Source: a virus
Virus record (IMG/VR): IMGVR_UViG_3300036772_000367
Coordinates: 1-64,000 of that record
Length of the DNA: 64,000 bases
Reading direction: 5' to 3' (one strand)
The notes under the pieces are model-generated. The model did not search any database and was not told the DNA's origin. It saw nothing but the letters and a program-made list of their open reading frames with translations. Shown piece by piece: positions 62,101 through 64,000 of this stretch (its first letter is position 1; each line of letters starts with the position of its first letter). The translations under genes and the position numbers were made by a program.

Positions 62101-62555
62101 TGAGCGAATTCCGCGAGGATCACCCCGAAGTGCCGACGCGCTATACCAACAACCCCTTCGACCCCTACTACGGCGACTCCAACGACACCGGCCAGGATTC
62201 CATTGGTGACACTGAGGATTCCCTCTCGCCCAACTCCGTCACGGCCGCTGGACACGCGACCACTCATGATGCGTCGGTGGCCGACATTGTCGCCCAGTTC
62301 CAGGCCACTGCCGCCGCAGGCCAGCTGATGACCTCAGGTGGTGCGCCCACTAACGACGGCATGAACATCGCCGCCGCCGCACAAGCACACCTGCGTAAGT
62401 CAGCGTTGAAGGACTTCAACTTCCATGAGCAGCAGGAGTTGATCAACGAGGGGGCGCGTGACCGAACACGGGCACGCAACATGGGAGACTTGCGCATCGA
62501 GGGAACGCACTACGAAATGCTTCCTGACGATGAAGACGCCAACTTGTTCGTCTGA
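56187..62555 (+). CDS. 2122-aa polyvalent protein (Zn ribbons, ParB-like, ART-like, metallopeptidase, SWIM, NUDIX)
   Basis: ADGHHRAEA; IYRSLP...GDWVTTS..YA..H; HEGGH; CGC...CSH; WEFPGGHIEPG...AMREWEEEVG. Confidence 0.85.
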   Translation: MVVWHPSDRLYATAEVAEGDRNPSGVKPLTSDLPEQQFEGDGGPPPCPYCGHPEFKELPSNGRADRAQCAQCGGMVYSVNGSQWQPELIGDPSNHPSSAADPASGGVGGAANSEVLMNQGPVRTHDDSQLRNSLSSLVKTADDDQCPRCSGDMTDTAPDRCLDCGYTQPTRVSDNPPQHSGQRVALLHTALSWDEIGDRHPHVYGDSEIHGDAADGADGPGIGSAANYLAHETPEDPDGEGHSEHELEFRARTVHPRHIDYSPSGSDDYRVKRAREGYQTQPEMMPPLVLVKRHNVYQVADGHHRAEAAASLNQPVRAYIADSPYPDTPFRDGEIGPFHHAEPIEAEHHTAAKPRPSKSFPNGKRHGIEITDGAYPDESGIVQCDNCGKYHSATYDHEGQHHEGPIHAVTCPQDGMTDYYTNERLEPREAALNDEVPWCAHLYHGNCTYPGDKLPNGTILGIPQDRGPCPWKHSAFQQAACPISAPGPMAVMTVTAESHTADGDYRMQHQAPDADYGAPLHDVEEMMPDFYTHPHYYNTGQEHFWDSANKIIKARGNPEKKVQIYRSLPADYAHEGFHTGDWVTTSKDYAREHGKATEDKGSEHDWPIISTRVPAKHLHTEGDVHEWAYNGPEKPFGHTVSFPGGREQQIRQRADGTVQRVKHRPVDPLNAQGYSFSHHMLNENSDNPAHQVTAYGPDENYAGHHRVDAQGTVESHVEPEHEHMADPLRERMANEVTKRMASLHVGIEEMQRIAIFDGEEQWHLTAVTAGAHDSDTEMKGFGLDPLHEDDDYATLHHKFSQHYRILDHVYASGNEAHPDDVDAADAIDRHHRDHDVPPITDSTYGDALPHQMASVAAQMMVNKRADHRRLDHPTVTMERIPAKDHASGDFKQGSVLGDYQHDISHIRLDPYVLANAEINREEHAPQSDARGWHVPAGNANPWQTTISHEGGHHREMSLTSQQRASMFRDISHTIPGVTPYTEKRATEHGLNKWHNANYAHLINHVGTYAAKNYRELAAELYSEHRHADNPSLAAQTAGRHLEGRFDDDNNEQRGFAGEFGEASSYGAQRRTGSGHREGHLTVGGVQAEGSLTFCTDTEEMQRVAALDKEGQWHLTASWADVKDKAKLIRAGGGVRIAVASMDGIGGEVQGEHHVYETLLTFVPGSYKVGSWQCGCKWAAYAWGRSPAYRRFEGRMCSHALAMQYEAQARGMFGRTVQEDRERPHWLKPHSPVVVQYERPSEKHPQGIDLTRRAVPPGNMRTTFGSKEAAMEPAQLIALAVLTMCDHDPVRAIPSLGLYGFDHRTAQLLIKQATEHEDAESLSVPPLRLEQLHPEPMRSTASKRCPECSASVSSSALTCPECGANLADVPELHEASWQDEEQRCPHCGGYLGPTAFKAGRCPHCGHALSHREGAYEPGLHNTQDARMNTEAPDWGTDHLVPCDQCRGQGCGHCGGTGNVVQMNGVTGSPVPDQSEGAGDVMRQDGLAWGDPISMGAVLAAHEDDPTYLRFGSWPKDERSRNNITGFPEEGVSVYDLDHRGEPKDPDANFGRLHEHHEHCDPDCDLDSWNEDYGNDTLEEMRGRVHRAERTRYNGNENHSDTGHLVKGEMAGIGHDGEPLLKNVRRVGDWIDHRHLFFPQAERHRLARDPYDEDYEEPKLNKRSAKKQESHAPSVAGVALKAADTGRVLMLQRGLEDKKDPAAGTWEFPGGHIEPGDKTSLHGAMREWEEEVGQPFPDGGVVHHVWTSPNGVYQGHVVVIPAERDLTMHDGRVMTNPDDPHGDHAEQAAWWQVEHARKNPALRPEVKQNTPWKQLANAGMQKEADYAANDALSGGGPEVHTPTDAPQHSNSTNPASTGYATSWDPNGWNGEEPFGGRDDVPMAGYSASLAPIIEPRYSYQPPQAVASVLGQWGQGQTPVVFERAARTLATLHDEPEPALPSTDGGDERMKPINHLHHGIPHNDQGTMPYGYDDLSEFREDHPEVPTRYTNNPFDPYYGDSNDTGQDSIGDTEDSLSPNSVTAAGHATTHDASVADIVAQFQATAAAGQLMTSGGAPTNDGMNIAAAAQAHLRKSALKDFNFHEQQELINEGARDRTRARNMGDLRIEGTHYEMLPDDEDANLFV
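58428..59534 (+). repeat. 57-bp imperfect direct repeats flanking the peptidase insert
   Basis: 58428-58484 EEMQRIAIFDGEEQWHLTA and 59478-59534 EEMQRVAALDKEGQWHLTA. Confidence 0.85.
59320..59460 (+). CDS. overprinted small helical protein (peptidase partner)
   Basis: GGAGGGG RBS, TTG 59320 or ATG 59335; similar to N-terminus of 45688 ORF. Confidence 0.5.
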   Translation: MTTITMNSADLQESLAKLVHMEPSAERDQAIAKVISQLEECRQKGL

Positions 62556-62566
62556 GAGGACCCTTC

Positions 62567-63859
62567 ATGCCGACAGTACCGAATCCGCCGACAGGGGCAA
62601 CCGCGACAGCGGGAAATACTCAGGCGACGGTGACTTATACGGCTCCGGCCAATAATGGCGGGGCTACCATCACTGGCTACACCGCGACGTCTACTCCCGG
62701 TAGCTTCACCGCTTCGGTCTCGGGGGCCACGGCCACGCCCATCACGGTGACTGGTCTGACCAACGGTCAGGCGTACACCTTCACCGTGCACGCCACGAAC
62801 TCCGTGGGTAACTCCACCGAGTCCACTGCGTCCAACGCGGTCACCCCGGCCACAGTGCCCAGCGCTCCGCAGACTCCTTCGGCAACAGCAGCCAATCAAC
62901 GAGCCACGGTCTCCTTCACCGCGCCTGCCTCTACTGGAGGCGCCAGCATCACCGGCTATACGGTGACCGCGACCGACACCACAACGTCGGGCAACGGTGG
63001 CCAGACCGCTACCGGTACCACCAGTCCCATCCTGGTCACCGGTTTGACCAACGGGGACAACTACACCTTCACCGTGCACGCCACGAACGTGGCGGGTAAC
63101 TCGGTGGAATCCTCGGCCACCTCGGCGGTCAGTCCGCATACGACAGTGCCTGACCCACCCACCAACGTCACAGGTGGCTCGGGAATCGAGCAGGTGGCCG
63201 TGTCGTTCTCGTCGCCCGCGAACAATGGCGGGCACGCCATTACCAGCTATACCGTCACGGCCACCGATACCATCATCTCGGGCAACGGTGGACAGATCGC
63301 CTCCGGAGCTTCCAGCCCCATCACCGTAATCGGTCTGACGCCCGGGGACGCGTACACCTTCACCGTCCATGCCACCAACGTGACGGGTAATTCGGTGGAG
63401 TCGACTGCATCGGCCGTGAGTGTCCCCCAAGGACCGTCCAGCCCACAGGTCGCTCCCCCACCGTTCACGAATGGAACGTCCTATACAGTCACTAAGCCGA
63501 TCAACATCACGCAGCTCACCGATGAGATGACGACGGCCGCTGGTCAGGCTGTGCTGTTGTCTCCCCAGGTTTCAGCAACGTCGCCACAGCAACCTGGTGG
63601 GCCGGTGTTGAACTTCAGTATGAGTGATCCTGGCACGCTATGGGTGTCCCCTTCCACTATCTCCTCTACTGTTGTGAACAACACCATTGCGGCGCATGTG
63701 GCCAATCCTAACTATGGTTTGCCTGCTTCGGTGCAGGCATATAATGTCGTTCTGGCGCAGGTGCAGAGTAATTATGCTCTTGATCTGACTTCTAGCCAGA
63801 TGCAAACGGCGCTCAAGGGGCTGTTGCTGAATGTAGCGGCTCTGGTGACCCCTCACTAA
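62567..63859 (+). CDS. fibronectin type III repeat protein
   Basis: three repeats P..P....A....ATV.F.AP...GG..ITGY...GLTNG..YTFTVHATN..G. Confidence 0.9.
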   Translation: MPTVPNPPTGATATAGNTQATVTYTAPANNGGATITGYTATSTPGSFTASVSGATATPITVTGLTNGQAYTFTVHATNSVGNSTESTASNAVTPATVPSAPQTPSATAANQRATVSFTAPASTGGASITGYTVTATDTTTSGNGGQTATGTTSPILVTGLTNGDNYTFTVHATNVAGNSVESSATSAVSPHTTVPDPPTNVTGGSGIEQVAVSFSSPANNGGHAITSYTVTATDTIISGNGGQIASGASSPITVIGLTPGDAYTFTVHATNVTGNSVESTASAVSVPQGPSSPQVAPPPFTNGTSYTVTKPINITQLTDEMTTAAGQAVLLSPQVSATSPQQPGGPVLNFSMSDPGTLWVSPSTISSTVVNNTIAAHVANPNYGLPASVQAYNVVLAQVQSNYALDLTSSQMQTALKGLLLNVAALVTPH

Positions 63860-64000
63860 AAAGTCACGCACGTAGGAATGCCTGTCTTTGCTCCGGAGGC
63901 TCCTATCAAGAGATGACGAGATATAATCTCGATTACTTGATGGGAGCCTCCGTCATGCCTGCAAATATTATCGAGGGGTAGTATGGCGGCTACCAGGCGA

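Noticed and set aside
39564-63430. Long minus-strand ORFs (e.g. 39564, 42551, 49668, 60309, 61263, 62510)
   Set aside because: Antisense shadows of high-GC3 plus-strand genes with no motifs
1-64000. CRISPR array, rRNA, integrase or transposase, Ro60/TROVE gene
   Set aside because: No regularly spaced repeats, rRNA-like sequence or diagnostic protein motifs seen; the two VWA proteins lack a TROVE domain

Overview
High-GC, almost entirely + strand segment of a large actinobacteriophage. The portal and head module look Bxz1/cluster C-like; I judged this from motifs and did not run a database search. Layout: (1) 1-12.9 kb, small early genes including Lsr2, RtcB and a ParB-like protein, driven by repeated TTGCTA-N17-(T/C)ANNNT promoters and a conserved start-associated RBS motif CGCAC(C/T)GGAGGTCA; (2) 12.9-23.9 kb and 30.7-31.7 kb, 41 tRNA genes covering all 20 amino acids, with densely structured spacers; (3) 23.9-38.9 kb, more early/middle genes (GGQ peptidyl-tRNA hydrolase, two metallophosphoesterases, VWA, HicA-like); (4) 38.9-64 kb, virion module (intein-containing portal, a second intein-containing protein, SGNH/CBM and FN3 proteins, a 2122-aa polyvalent protein). 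Best candidates for undescribed biology: three circularly permuted, anticodon-less tRNA mimics in tRNA spacers; several tRNA-like RNAs with replaced anticodon arms; a hairpin RNA whose loop is antisense to the phage's own early-gene RBS motif; a perfect 19-bp inverted repeat with a boxA-like arm bracketing the 10.5-kb tRNA operon like an rRNA processing stalk; terminator hairpins built from their own downstream promoter; and a metallopeptidase plus overlapping small-partner cassette present twice in different reading-frame arrangements. All folds and coordinates were derived by eye.
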